A stretch of 64,000 bases of DNA from Haliotis cracherodii (taxonomy: Eukaryota). The DNA is taken from assembly GCF_022045235.1 (NCBI RefSeq), contig NW_027266297.1, positions 20,708,001-20,772,000 on the forward strand, in the 5' to 3' direction. The translations under genes and the position numbers were made by a program. Shown one piece after another: positions 51,150 to 64,000 of this stretch (position 1 is the stretch's first letter; each line of letters opens with the position of its first letter). The notes beneath the pieces were generated by a model, which searched no databases, was not told the origin of the DNA, and was given only the letters and a program-made list of their open reading frames with translations.

Positions 51150-51329
51150 TGGGTACACTGTCAACCTGTTGACGAGTAGGCTGTAGGGTTTAGTGTGGGT
51201 CACCTCCTTCCCGTGACCCGGCAATAGTTGTGCACAGGACATCTCGTTGGCCCCCTGGGGGTAGGCAGCATCCTTCCCTAGCATCCCTAGCAGCACCAGG
51301 AGGGAGCATACACAGGAAGTGAAGGCCAT
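51134..51329 (-). CDS. Reeler-domain protein exon 1 (signal peptide + Reeler N-terminus)
   Basis: MAFTSCVCSLLVLLGMLGKDAA-YPQGANEMSCAQLLPGHG...PYSL...YPGDTIK (Reeler YPxGA...C..M.P.H); acceptor at 51365, donor AAAG|GTGCGG. Confidence 0.92.
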
Positions 51330-51921
51330 GGTCAGACTCGGACGGTTGGGAACACTCCTTGGGACTGAAAAACAATTCAACCAGATTAAAATTGGCCTTG
51401 AGCAACTCATGCTTGTCGTAAGAGGTGACGAACGGGGTCGGGTGGTCAGATTCGCTGACTTGGTTGATTCATATCACCGTATCCCAATTGCGTAGGTCCA
51501 GTATGTCTGGTTTAAACTCGATTATTTGCAGACCGCCGTCGTATCGCTGAAACATTCATCAGTACGGCGTTAAACAACAAACAAACCAGCCAACAACAGG
51601 AAACTGAGAAATCACAAATCTCTTGCAATATGATTCCGTGTGTGAGTGAGTTCGTATAGTTTTACGCCGCCTTCAGCAATATCACGGCGGGGAACACCAG
51701 AAATCGGCTTCACACATTGTACCCATGTCGGGTCTTCGGCGTGACGAGCGAACGCTTTAACAACTAGGCTACCCGACCGCCCCTATGATGCCGTCATCCG
51801 TTTATGTGATCTTTGACATGAACAGTGTGGGGTTTTTTATGTTCTGGAGTAATAAAAATATGACCATGATGAATTATAGTTGTGTCTAAAGCCATAAGTG
51901 TGCAACGTTTTGATAACATTT

Positions 51922-51997
<76 letters not shown>

Positions 51998-52160
51998 ACT
52001 AGCACACAAACACACACACTAGCACACAAACACTCTCACACACATACAAACACTCACACACACACACACACACTAGCACACAAACACTCTCACACACATA
52101 CAAACACTCACACACTAACACACATAAGCATACACTAACACTAACACACACAAACATACA
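51922..52160. repeat. (CA)n-rich microsatellite
   Basis: Visible. Confidence 0.95.
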
Positions 52161-52189
52161 TGTTGGACCTTTCTGACATCGCCATCGAG

Positions 52190-53310
52190 TGTCTTGACAT
52201 CAAATACGAGGGTAGTAATTACCATGTTTAAGTGTATACATATTTACATTAATGATACATGTCTTTGGTGAATATCTAATCCTAGTCGCATCCAAAGTAG
52301 CACTTACATGTAAAGATAGTATTAATCTTCTATACCTCGAGGCCAGATACTTTTCTGGTTCTAACAAACTTATATTTTCTCCATGAAGGTTCTACCTTGA
52401 ACTGTTGTTAATTGGAGATATCCAATTTTGATAAAACATATCAATAGCACAATCCTTCAACATACGTATTAAAACATTTCCTGAATTATAATCTCCAGCT
52501 GTTTGTGACATCCAAACAAAACAAAACCCATGAGAAATTATTTGAAGCTCAAATTGTATACCCTACCATATCTAAATACGTACATTGAAATCGACCACAT
52601 TAGCTATTGCATAAGGTGTTTGTAATCTAATTTGAAAGAAGTTTTGACTAGCCAGTTGGTGGATTTTTTCTAAACTTCCAAATCTACTGATCCCCCAAAT
52701 TTCAGATGCTAATAAGAGAATCTGACTATTCTGACAATCAAATCACTTTTAAAAAACACTTCAGGGGCAGTCACACATATTATTTTAGTTGTAATAAGTA
52801 ACTTAAATAAAGCCTTAATGGCACGCAAAGCTAAATCAGTAACTTATTTACTTAGACTAAACTTACATGTGAAGACTAATCCTAGATATCTATAAGTATT
52901 AACGACATCTTGTCCTCTGTAATACCATATTTCTTGAACTGACGTGTTTCCTCCTCTTCTAAAAACAACATTAGATTTTTCCAAGTTAACAGTCATTCCT
53001 CTCTTATCTGCATATGAATCTAAAATATTAATCTGACTCTGTAAAAAACATATAGTATCAGAAACCATAATTACATCTTCAGCAAATAACAACATTCATA
53101 CTTCAACTCTATCTGGAAAGAGTTGAATACCATGCGTTTGATGTACCATAACATATGTAGCTAACTCAGTTATGTTTTCAATACTTGCACAAGCGGTAAA
53201 AATATGTTCGAAAACACCTGACGAAAACCTGCTTGTTTTTTAGAAACCTTACTCATAACACCTGCCCATTTTGTAAATCTGTCATTTAATACACATATAT
53301 TGCTCAGTAC
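52190..53310 (-). mobile_element. Decayed CR1-group LINE RT fragment
   Basis: LLFAEDVIMVSDT..LQSQIN.LDSYADKRGMTVNLEKS..VFRRGG..YRYLG. Confidence 0.85.
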
Positions 53311-55278
53311 ACGTATGTTGAAAAACTTACTTCAATTTTCATATTAGTCCTGCACCATGACCGTGGAATATATTTATATTATGAAAAAAAAGTAAATCTA
53401 AAATGCATACAAAAGCATGTCTAGCCAGCTCAAGCTGGCTCTATTCATCTCTGAAATCAGCATAAGGATTTTTTTTTTCAAAAAGTCAAGAAGGATGTTG
53501 TGTAATATAAGATTTCAGAGACTAAATGTTAGTCTATTTTCATATAAGTAGTTAAATATCCTTTTCCCTCCAAATGTTGCAGATTATAAGTGAATTATAC
53601 ACGCAAAGATTAACAATGATAAAACTTGACGCAACGTTTATGAAATGTTTTAAAACTTGATGTGCTAGTCTCCCAGACCCTAGAGAATATATGAAGAAAT
53701 TAATCCAACTGAATTTTAGAATGAAATAAGCATTGTTCTTCGCGCCATTTGGATTTCATTTTGCATTTTGTAGATATATATTTTTGAATAAAATAACTTT
53801 ATGTTTTGGACAAAATGTTAATCTACCCATGTGCTTTTTGGATTAATTACATTTGTTTGTTAATTCAGCTGGGATGATCGCAATTGCTTACTGCGTGAAT
53901 TGCGTGCAAATGTGTAGCTAAAGGCTTTAATGCAAACACATGTTTCCTACAGCGCTGAGGTCTCGCCCTACTTTTACGTGCAGTGAGGCGGTATGACACC
54001 AGTCACCGCTCCCTCTGACGTAGTGCGGATAATGAGTCTCGCGGATAAATAAACACGACATACATTTTATTTGCAATTAAAATCGGACCGTTTACGTATT
54101 CTGTGTCTGTAAAGTCAGCGTAATCTGTATTGATATGCGTCGTTATGCATGACACTTGCACTGGTTCGGTAGAGGTTAATGGTATGTCATTAATATCGCG
54201 ACCTCTAATAGACTCCCTTAAGTAATTAGTGGCTGAGATTCTAGTGCCCGAACGCGTGAATCACAACCGGCCTCGGGCTAAACAATCAGAAATCAAAGCG
54301 AAGTTTTAATTTTAAAAAATATAATTAGGACTTTCTATGTTCGATAAAAAAATAAATATTTATTTTTCGTCTCTGGGGCGTCTAAAATCCTTCTAGGACA
54401 CTGGTTATCTATATAATGCATTAGCTCAAAGGCAAAATTATGTTCCGCCTATCCATTGGGTGCGTAGGCACTTCCTGCTCTGATTGGTGTTGTGTAACCC
54501 TGTCACGTACGACTTCGATTAATTATGACGAATGATATCCTCTGGATCTGAAGTGGATTTGACAGCAATGCTATGCAATGAAATTGTGTTTGTGAACAAA
54601 TATTTGGAGATTATCTTTGATTCTCGGCGTCTTAGGTTTGGTACCTCCCAATCTGATGAATGACATTTGGAGAGTACCCGTGTTTGCTGCCAGAAACACA
54701 TCTCTTCTGACATTAATGATAATGCAGAAGGATGCAGTCTTGAAAAGTTTTGACATTCTCCGAATAGTTCTGAGTGGGGTTGGCTAGGCAGCGTTTCCGG
54801 GAAGAAGTACCAATCGCTGTCTGGACTGCGTGTAGAGGTGGCAAGGGTCCTGATAATGAGCCTAACCGGCCTGACTGTGCCAGGATCACCCAAACCCTCT
54901 TTGCTGCATATTTTACATTTATCTGTGTAATAATTATAATGATAGCGAGTTTCAAGAACACTTGTTACAAGTTAGTCGAAACTTAATATAGCCCACAAAT
55001 GGTAATGCACATTAAACAAGTTCAAGTCAAGTAAGTATTCGTTTGAAAGACAAAAATCTAAAAATCTAAATAATTCAATTTCAGAAATTGATAGATTGAT
55101 GCACCTCAACTTAAAATGAATAACTTCTATCTAACTCCTACCTGGTGTGGGGGTCTTCCTGGTTGTGGGCGTATAATCCGCAGTCAGCGTCTGTATGTCG
55201 GGTCCCTCCCTCCTCTGGTGTGAAGCGCGTATGGTAATGTGAGAACGACGCAAGTCCGCCGTCATAAGAATTACTTAC

Positions 55279-55367
55279 CTGCCTATCTGTCACGTGCCCC
55301 AAAGCAGTGTTCAACCAGGCGTGGCTACGGTTAAAGCCCTCGGGCGACCACGGACAAGTGTTTTATA
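55279..55367 (-). promoter_or_regulatory. Putative TATA box and non-coding first exon of the Reeler/FRRS1-like gene
   Basis: TATAAAA at 55367-55361; donor CAG|GTAAGT at 55278 (alternative CAG|GTAGGA at 55141). Confidence 0.5.
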
Positions 55368-57797
55368 AATAGTGATAATTAAACTCGCCCACTGTACTTA
55401 GTATTTTTTTCTTAATTAGGAATTGACAATGATTAAAATGTGTTTTATCAGCATGAACGCTCAACCACCACCATCAATACTCGTTAATATTACCAGTTGT
55501 GGACAATGTTGCTTTAAATACTGTCAATCCTCCAACTGTATACGTATACACAACAAACAATAATCGCAGAAAGTTCACTGCGCAAAAGAATATTTTTAAA
55601 ATTTTATAATGATTGTATTACATATTTTAGCACTAACGTGCTTTCAATTATGAGTATATTTGTATTCTGGTGTCTGGACAATGTATATTGATGAATGTTT
55701 TGTATTATCTTATTCATATGTACATTGTGTGAAACCGTAATAAAATAATCTTCTTCTTCTTCTTCTTTATCCAGAGTCACGGGCCCATTCAAGGGGTTCA
55801 CCCCACTGTGCCAACTTTAGGTTATGGATATTGTACCATCAAGGGATTAGGGAATTAGGCCGTATCACCATTAGACCAAAACATTCAAAGATGTCAGCGA
55901 TACACAGTATTGCATATGATTATATAATTTTGCCAGAATAATATAAATACAAATATACGATTTGATTTAAGAACATTTATAGGGTGAAAATATGTGAACA
56001 GGAACTACATGTAAGTGTACCTCTCAAACATAATGTGGATTAACATTTCACTTGGATATACATACAATGATGCATAAACTTTGTCTCTTAGCAAAACATG
56101 ATATGGACACTAGCTACTACAGTAATTCATTTTTACGCCGCTTTTAGCCCAGAAATGGGCTTCACACATTGTACCCATGTAGGGAAGCGAACCCGGGTCT
56201 TCGTCGTGAAGAGCGAACGCTTTAACCACAAGGCTACCCCACCACCCCAGTAATTTATTCAAAGTCCAGTAAGATGGGACACAGAATATGTGAACTGCTA
56301 AAAAGTCTTGGTACCACTCTGCAGACGGTGTTTCCTTCCCTGCAATCTTTCTTCAAACTGCCTGTACTGTCGCTTTCATGGCCGGATTCCGATATATGGT
56401 GACTGCTGGTGAGCACATTTACCTGGGTACCTCTTATTAATCGAAATCAACCTGACAATGAAACATTACGTGCGTACAGAACACCAAGAGTATACGCAGT
56501 ATGTAAATTAATAACACTTATTTGAATTGAATTGCATTAATACCACAGATCTTGTAGAACAGAAAACGCTTACAGTTCGCAAAAGCTCACTGTGGTATTA
56601 ACCGCTATGTGCAATGTAAGGATATTTGAGTTACTTTAATATAATGAACTAACGTATCACAATACTTTACATAAAATGCCAGGCAAAAGAAAGTATACAA
56701 AGTTTGATTGTGTAACACACAAGAAATGGTTATTCGGTGGTGGTGTATTTGATACGGGTATCGGAGTCGTGTTTTGGACCTTACGTTTGTAATGTTTTGG
56801 CGACTGGTTTCAACCTAGTAACGTTTTCATAATGTTTTCGTAATGTTTTGGTCAAATTCGATCTTCAAGTATCCTTTCTTCAGCTTAGTTTATTTACCCT
56901 GTAAAAATAATTAGGGTTTCAAGTGGGATGGTGGGGCAGGATTGATTCAGAAAGACATAAACGGGGCTAATTCGAGGCTGGTTGGATTGGAATCGGATTG
57001 GCTTGGGTGTTAGATGTCGAGTGCATGTGTAATGTCGAAAAAAGCCGATTGTATTGACAAATTATGACCTATAGCTCCGCCCTGAGTTGCATTCGACAGT
57101 AGGGAAGGCCCGAGGGTATACTGTAGGGTGGTATGGTTATCAGTGCTCCACAGCACGGCGTGCATCAGCTTCCTAGTTATACAACCCGGAAGTGATGACG
57201 TTACACAGCACGTGCGCACTTCTAGCCCCCAGCAAGGTCACATCAAATTGATGCTCATTGGAATCGATGTTACCTTTATTAGCAGTAAGACATATGACCA
57301 TTCAGTACAACTTACATCCGTCAGTAGTTAGTGAGTATGGTTTAAACCCTGCTTTGGATAATAGGACAGTACGCGGGGACAACAAGAATGAAGCATACTG
57401 TGTTAATAGGCCCCCTACATAGCTGTGAATAATAACAATATCTCCTAAATATATACATTTTTAGCATTGTTGGACAATGCTACAAGATGCATATGAACAA
57501 AGCGAGGTAGTGACGTTTTTATCTTGTCTCAATCCGACGACTGAAAAATTAGAAAGCCGCACACTTCCGTTTATCAGGAGGGTCATTCCATATTTCTACG
57601 GCATTAAACATATGTTAATTCACGACATATATAGTCGGCTAAACTACTCGTAAATTGCCAATAGAAACTTCAGAGTGATGGTGCTGTAACATCGCGCATC
57701 ATAGATCAATACAATCATTGACATCCAAAGTAACTGCTGTCTACTTATTGTATATATATTACTGAATGTGATGTGACGCATTTAACTATTTAAAAAA

Positions 57798-57845
<48 letters not shown>

Positions 57846-60451
57846 CATCATGGACAGGATGAACACCCAGTCTTCTATCCATCGTATGTCACACACACTG
57901 CAATGTTATTATATTATGTTTCTTTTGACAAACTACACTTGTCCTGTGTTGATGAAGTCGTGAGGGGCGGACACTCTGTCTGTCCTGCCAGACAATATCT
58001 CTCGGTGTCACGTGACATCAGGTCGGAATAATGTGGTGTGAAATCGGATTGACTTCCTGTTTTCTTGGACATGCCATATTTCGTAATATGTTTACTTCAG
58101 CCTTCTTTATTATACTGTTATTATCCATAAACTTTTGTTTACTTTGTCATCCGTCAACTTTTAACAAATGACTATCAAACAATTCAGCAGTGAATGACTT
58201 GACGAACGGATTTTAATACTTGGTATTATCAAACATTTATTAACAAGGTGCCTTAAACATTTTTTCTCAACTTACAAGCAGCAGAATCCCTGCACTTGTA
58301 CACAGCAGACGTTCTTCAGTATTATCTGTTCTAGTTTCTGCAGAATCAGTAAATGCACCATCGTGTCACTGGAGTTTTTGGTCCATCGCTTGATTGTCTG
58401 GTTCGTTGACTGGCCGTCGTCGCATGGTAGGACTACTGCTGTGCGGCGTCAGACACAAAAACACATTTTTATGCACATTGTGTGAGTGGCGGGTGCTACC
58501 GGAAGGGCAGGACATGTTACTTTTTTCGCGAACACCTGGTGTCATCACTGATTTCCATTCATATTATTTTAATCGCTATTTTTTCTTTAACAACTGATTC
58601 ATAAATATTGTTATATTAACATGACATGTGAAAAACACGATAATAGACATGTATGATATATAAACTTACATAATTTCAATTAATATGTATTAAGGGATGA
58701 CATACTTTATTTATCAAAGAATTTAAATATAAAAAACAATTTCATTATGTGAACTAATTTAATTGATATTTCAGTCACGACGGCGCCACTCATGAAATAT
58801 CAAATGTGTCAGGTCACCCAGTGAGGTCAACATATTATTTTACAAGATTAGATAAACATCATTATTTATTGCCGCGGGACACATCAAAGCAATCTGAATA
58901 AACGTGAATTAAAAAAATGTGTTTTTGGAGACAAGAACATATGACCATGGATAATATTGCCGTATATGAACGAGAGGTAGGCGTGTGTTGAGACTGCCAT
59001 GACCTATATCTTGTTCAACGATTTTCGTGTGAATATCTGTTACAAAATGTTGATTAATCATATCATTTTTTTCTCTCTGATTTATATATGATGAGGAAAT
59101 CAATTAATACATGTGTAGATGTATCGGGATGTATTGGCGGGTCCTGCCATCCGTCAACCGTCAAGCCATGTGCATTCCTCGTGAACATTTGGCGTACCAT
59201 CTCTCTCGCTATATGGCTGAAATAATGCCGATGCGACGTTAACTTTTAACTCATTCACTCTCTCACGGAACGGATCGCGTTCTTGGATAGACAGCGGAAA
59301 CAGTGCAGGTTACCGTGCATGTACATCCCACCGTTCTCGCGGCAAGGGGGAGAGGAAGGTAAACAAGAACAGAAAGATTAAATATAGAGGACTACTTAAA
59401 CACGTTCACTGACTTACTCACTTAAACTCGGTATATGTTTCTGGAAATTTTAAGGTATAATTACTGTGAATCAATTAATAATTAATTCTTGATTTAACTT
59501 GTCAAGTGAATTAAACACCCTTTTCAGTTAGGCTAGGTAATCCATCATGGCAGCTAATAATGGCTGTCAAATGTATTTGAAAAAAATCTTACTCTTCATA
59601 TTTTAACATTAAAAAGTATTTATAAGAGAAGAAATATGAAATTTAATCCTGAGAAGGAGCTATATCATTTTGTACAGTTACTCATCACATTCTCGTCTCT
59701 AGTCGCCTATATACACTGTCACGTGTGGAACCGCAACTTTGATATTTGACGGTAAGGCTTTAAAAAATAACACCGTTTCAGTTTTCAAGACATTAGGGTC
59801 GTTGAGGCGGAAATACATTGATTTATGTTTTAATGAATGATTACATTACGTATATAATTTCCTCCAACTATGTATGTAACGTTACTTCCGCGATCTCCGG
59901 ACAGCTGCTGCGTGCATGACAAGGTTCAGGTGTCTACATCTACCCTATGGGTAAATATACGACAGCATTCCGAGTCGGTTCATCAGTATATTAAACCATC
60001 AACGCTTAGCGAGGAGACCGACATCGCCTTTACCTGTTACATTGACACCTTGGAAAAAGTAAAGCACCATTCCTTTACTTTCATGTATTTCGGACATCCG
60101 TTATTCTTTTGGAAATATTTACATGTGATACTGATCTTATATTGATAAATATCTAAAATACCACCAAGACATGATGGAACGTGGGTATAAGAACATTGGA
60201 TGTTCCTCCAGATCTGGGTTAGAAAAAGGTTTCTTCAGCAACCCATCTAACTATGCTTGTCGTATGAGGCTCGCTGACTTAGTTGATGCATGTTATCATA
60301 TCCAAATTGTGTAGATCGATGCGCATGATGTCAATCACTGAATTGTCTGGTCCAGACTGGATTATTCACAGACCGCCTCATAAAACTGAATATTGGTGAG
60401 TGCGGCGTTCAACAACAAACAAACAAAGGACTGGGTGGTATGATTCATAGA

Positions 60452-60755
60452 TGTGAGGTGAGGTGAAATGGAGTTTAACGTCGCGTTCAAGATTATTGTA
60501 CTTGTATATCGACGTACGTACCCTGACTGTTTCCGATTTCATAGTGCTAGCCCACTGAGATACCAGGCCGTAGTTTAACATGGATACCCTACTCAGACAC
60601 AGTATATTGACTCCGAGCCAACCAGTTCTTGTTGTAGTCCCTGAATGCCGATCTCCAAGTACCACCTTTGACGTCTTTTGTATGACGCGGCCTGAGATCG
60701 AATCACCGACCTTCTGCTCTCCGGACAGATGCTCTATCCACTGGACCACAGAGGC
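60452..60755 (-). mobile_element. SINE family A
   Basis: Homology to the other copies. Confidence 0.8.
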
Positions 60756-62319
60756 AATCTATTACTCTGTTACTAAGAGTGAGTGGAGTGTGGTTTTACG
60801 CCGCTTTTAGCAATATTCCAGCAATATCATGGCGAGAGACACCAGAAATGGGCTTAACACATTGTACCCATGGGGAGACGCGACCCAGGCTTTCTGCGTG
60901 GGGAGCGCCCGCTTTATTCACTAGGCTACCCCATCGCCACATAATGCAAAGACTCATATTTCCTGGCATTTTATATGCAAAAAGATTTCCTCGAAAACGC
61001 TTGAAAAAAACAATTATGCTTCTGACTGTTGAAAAGAAAACAAAATGTATGCCATATAAATACATTGTTGCAAGATATTTATAGGAAAATAGTTCGGACT
61101 ATGGTTTTAATTAAAATATAGATATATGGTTTTCAGCTGTAGCTAGAACAAAATCCAGTATCGGATTTGAAACAAACCCCCACCCCACACCCCAAACATC
61201 AATTGATTGGTCCCTTAAGGAGTACGAAATGGTTATATTCTGTCGTAGTGATGTGACTATATTACATGTTTCAGACATTCATGTATTAAGCCAGTCAAAT
61301 AACGCCAAATCCTATCATATGGTGCATATGGTTTTATTCATACTTGCATATATATACAAACACCACAATATTTCATATATGTGGCATATATTTCAATTTA
61401 TCACAATGGAATACAATCACATTAGGTCAAAACAAACTCTAGTTATTAGATCTTGAAAAAAACATATCCCGGTATAAGCCGGTAAATATCGGGCGGGGGT
61501 CGGAAGACCAACAAATGAGGTTTAAACAGCCGGAGGCTCGTGGTATAAAACCTAACGAGGGACGCATAAAATCCCATGTACCCCGCGTAATCCTGGTACA
61601 ACGAATTTACCTTACCGACATGTTTAAATGTGACATTGTAAAAGAAATAACACAAATTCAAAATTGATAGAGTAAAAAGCTCTTCGATTGAGCTTGGGTT
61701 AACTGGTATGTCATGTGACTTCCACTTACTCGGAAAAAACGTGCGGCTTTTTGCTTTGAAGCGGGTAAAAGAGATTTATTCTGCTGCTGAGAAATCCATA
61801 TGCAGCCTGTATTGCTCGTGGCGGGGTATAAGAGATGTATTCCCACGCTGGGAAATGTATTAATCCAAGGCGGGTTATACAGTATTTCATCAAAATAACG
61901 TGGAGCAATTAAATCTCATCATTTAACATGGAGGTATGATATTGACTGGGCTTTCCTTACTCCCCTAACATGAACCTCACTAGACATGAATTTTATAAAA
62001 AATTAGTAGCCGAAACATAATCAACATCACTCGTCACACTAACAGATTTATGCAGTTGTGCCTTGTAAACAAAATATTTGAAACTGCTGAAACTAATATG
62101 AAAGTCAGTCATGTTTCTGTTGAATACCAACATCACAAAAACACAGAACCGGTATATATAGCACAGCTTGGATATACATGAACACGTTTTGTCCAGAATA
62201 AATCAAATATCAATCGGTGTATATAAAACAGTAGGCCCTCTTACTAATATTTACAAATATATTAATATATACAGTGCTATTGTGTTTCATACACATCCAA
62301 CAGTATTAAGAGTAACGTA

Positions 62320-62421
62320 AAGTAAGACAAGTTCTATGGATGAACAACTTCTTTTACAATTAGTGCAATTGTGCACTAATTGTAATAAAGAAGTTGTTCA
62401 TCCATAGAACTTGTCTTACTT
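62320..62421. repeat. Near-perfect ~100-bp palindrome
   Basis: AAGTAAGACAAGTTCTATGGATGAACAACTTCTT...AAGAAGTTGTTCATCCATAGAACTTGTCTTACTT. Confidence 0.95.
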
Positions 62422-63123
62422 CATCACACCAACTTCTAAATGCCACTTAAAGAAGAGTAACGTAGTCGTGCTTGAAATCTTGTTAAGTGCATCCTGAATA
62501 TGGTTAGTTTCTGGTATGATTCGGTTGTCACTTAGCAGGAAGAACCAGTTGATGTGACATGACATTGCTCTTCTGGACAGTAGACAAGTATTGTTCCTAT
62601 AGTAGTTAACTCCGTGTATGCCGCGGCGCCCGGCACGCACAGAGCACCTGCGTTTGATGTTCATGTGTGTATCGTGCCGATACATATGTCATATCGCTTT
62701 GATAGCGTGTCACGTGCTGGCAGCTCGCACGAGGTCCACGTGCTGTTACGATGTGACGTCATTAAATTATTCAGATTCATTATAATTGCACGTTTCATAT
62801 TTGTGCTGAATCAGGTGATTCTTAAACTTTTAATTCTTCAAGATATATATTACATGTAGTTGATTATCGAACAAAATCGTCCTGCGTTGATCTTGTTCTT
62901 ACATGTTACAGGAAATCTTGCAAGTTGTGAGACAGTATATATGTAACGAAGATTTAAACAAAGGTAAAAATTAACAGTTCACTAAATCAAGTTTCAGTAC
63001 TTGCAATGAAAAATAATCATCATGGGAAATATATCATTTTCAATCCCTAAATTTGTGTCAATTGAAAACTGTACACAGTTCTTCCGAATGGTCTCTGTAT
63101 GCCAAGTTGCCCTGCAGGTCGGC

Positions 63124-63216
63124 TCAGCTGATGGCGATGATGGCGATGACGCCGCCTGTGAACGCTGTGATGACCAGGACATGGATCCTCAGTATAACGC
63201 GGCGAGTGAAACCTCC
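63124..63216 (-). CDS. Last exon of a second FRRS1-like paralog (final TM helix)
   Basis: TTTTCAG|GGFTRRVILRIHVLVITAFTGGVIAIIAIS*; same phase, similar size and aligned His as exon 34083-34181. Confidence 0.7.
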   Translation of the reverse strand, partial: GGFTRRVILRIHVLVITAFTGGVIAIIAIS

Positions 63217-63843
63217 CTGAAAATTACGAGAATTCACATAATTAGAATTGTTCTTGAGCAACACATACTTGCCGTGAGGGGCGACTATGCTTGTCGAAAG
63301 AGGCGACCAAAGTGATCAGGCTCAATGACTGCGTAGATTGATGACAATGATGTCAATCACTTGATTGCCTGGTCCAGACTCGATTAATTACAGAGTGCCG
63401 TGATATAGCTGGAATATTGCTGGGTGCGTCGGTAAAAAAACAAACAAACACACATTCATATGAATTTCGCCTTTGCCTTTAGAGTCTTCATTAAATGTTT
63501 CCAATATCCTGTCAATTGCCTTTCAAATCTCTATCAAAGAACCGCAAAAACAGTTCATATTTTTTCAACGCCCTGTCAATCCATAGCAAAAAGCTATGTC
63601 GACTTTACACTCTGTCAAGGCAATGTCCCTACTGGCGTTTAAGCAACACCGCAACCGTCCACATGCCTCAGTGTTTCTGATTCTTCCTCGTATTAACTGT
63701 CGCTATATGGCTGAAATAATGCCGATGCGACGTTATATTTTAACTCACTAGCTCGTATTAACTATTGTTATAGTTTGACTCCATTGCCTTTTTCTTAACC
63801 AAGATGGAACACAACTTTGAAGCTCCATCCATACTGAACTTAC

Positions 63844-63935
63844 CGGTGGCTCTGTGTCATCCGTGTCTATATCCTTTGTACTGGAATACCTTGTGTTCCT
63901 GTTGGCGTAGATAGAGTAGCTCTGTTGCTTGCGCT
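63844..63935 (-). CDS. Penultimate exon of the second FRRS1-like paralog
   Basis: TTCCAG|..RKQQSYSIYANRNTRYSSTKDIDTDDTEPP|GTAAGT; phase 1 to 0 like exon 34613-34746. Confidence 0.65.
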
Positions 63936-64000
63936 CTGGAATAGAATGGAGTGAAACTGATACATTCAGGATAGGTAGCATTATCGCTATCTTGATAAAA

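Noticed and set aside
54519-54893. THAP-like/transposase remnant ORF
   Set aside because: Only a vague resemblance; motifs are split across frames and cannot be supported
55279-55335. Iron-responsive element in reductase UTRs
   Set aside because: No sense-strand CAGUGN stem-loop found by eye

Overview
AT-rich, intron- and repeat-rich eukaryotic genomic DNA. The SINE families and gene content point to a mollusc, probably a gastropod such as abalone (inference). There is one assembly gap at 25533-25948. Genes were reconstructed by hand from splice sites. (1) Two tandem + strand paralogs encode secreted bacterial-type M4 (thermolysin/vibriolysin-like) zinc proteases. Each has a 31-nt signal-peptide exon spliced to one large intronless exon (FTP-PepSY-repeat linker-M4-PPC-like). 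(2) A - strand SP-PAN/Apple-EGF-fibrinogen-domain gene. (3) A - strand FRRS1-like ferric-chelate reductase locus. Its Reeler module reads into a stop and has no obvious strong in-frame link to the 11-exon DOMON-cytochrome b561 module. (4) The last two exons of a second FRRS1-like paralog at the window end. The rest is four SINE-like families, MITEs, decayed Tc1, Gypsy and LINE remnants, a 2.6-kb 22-bp satellite and other tandem repeats. The most notable system is the domesticated, duplicated M4 protease pair. It carries independently expanded repeat linkers at the pro/mature junction, shows patchy homogenisation between copies, and has a diverged active-site cleft.
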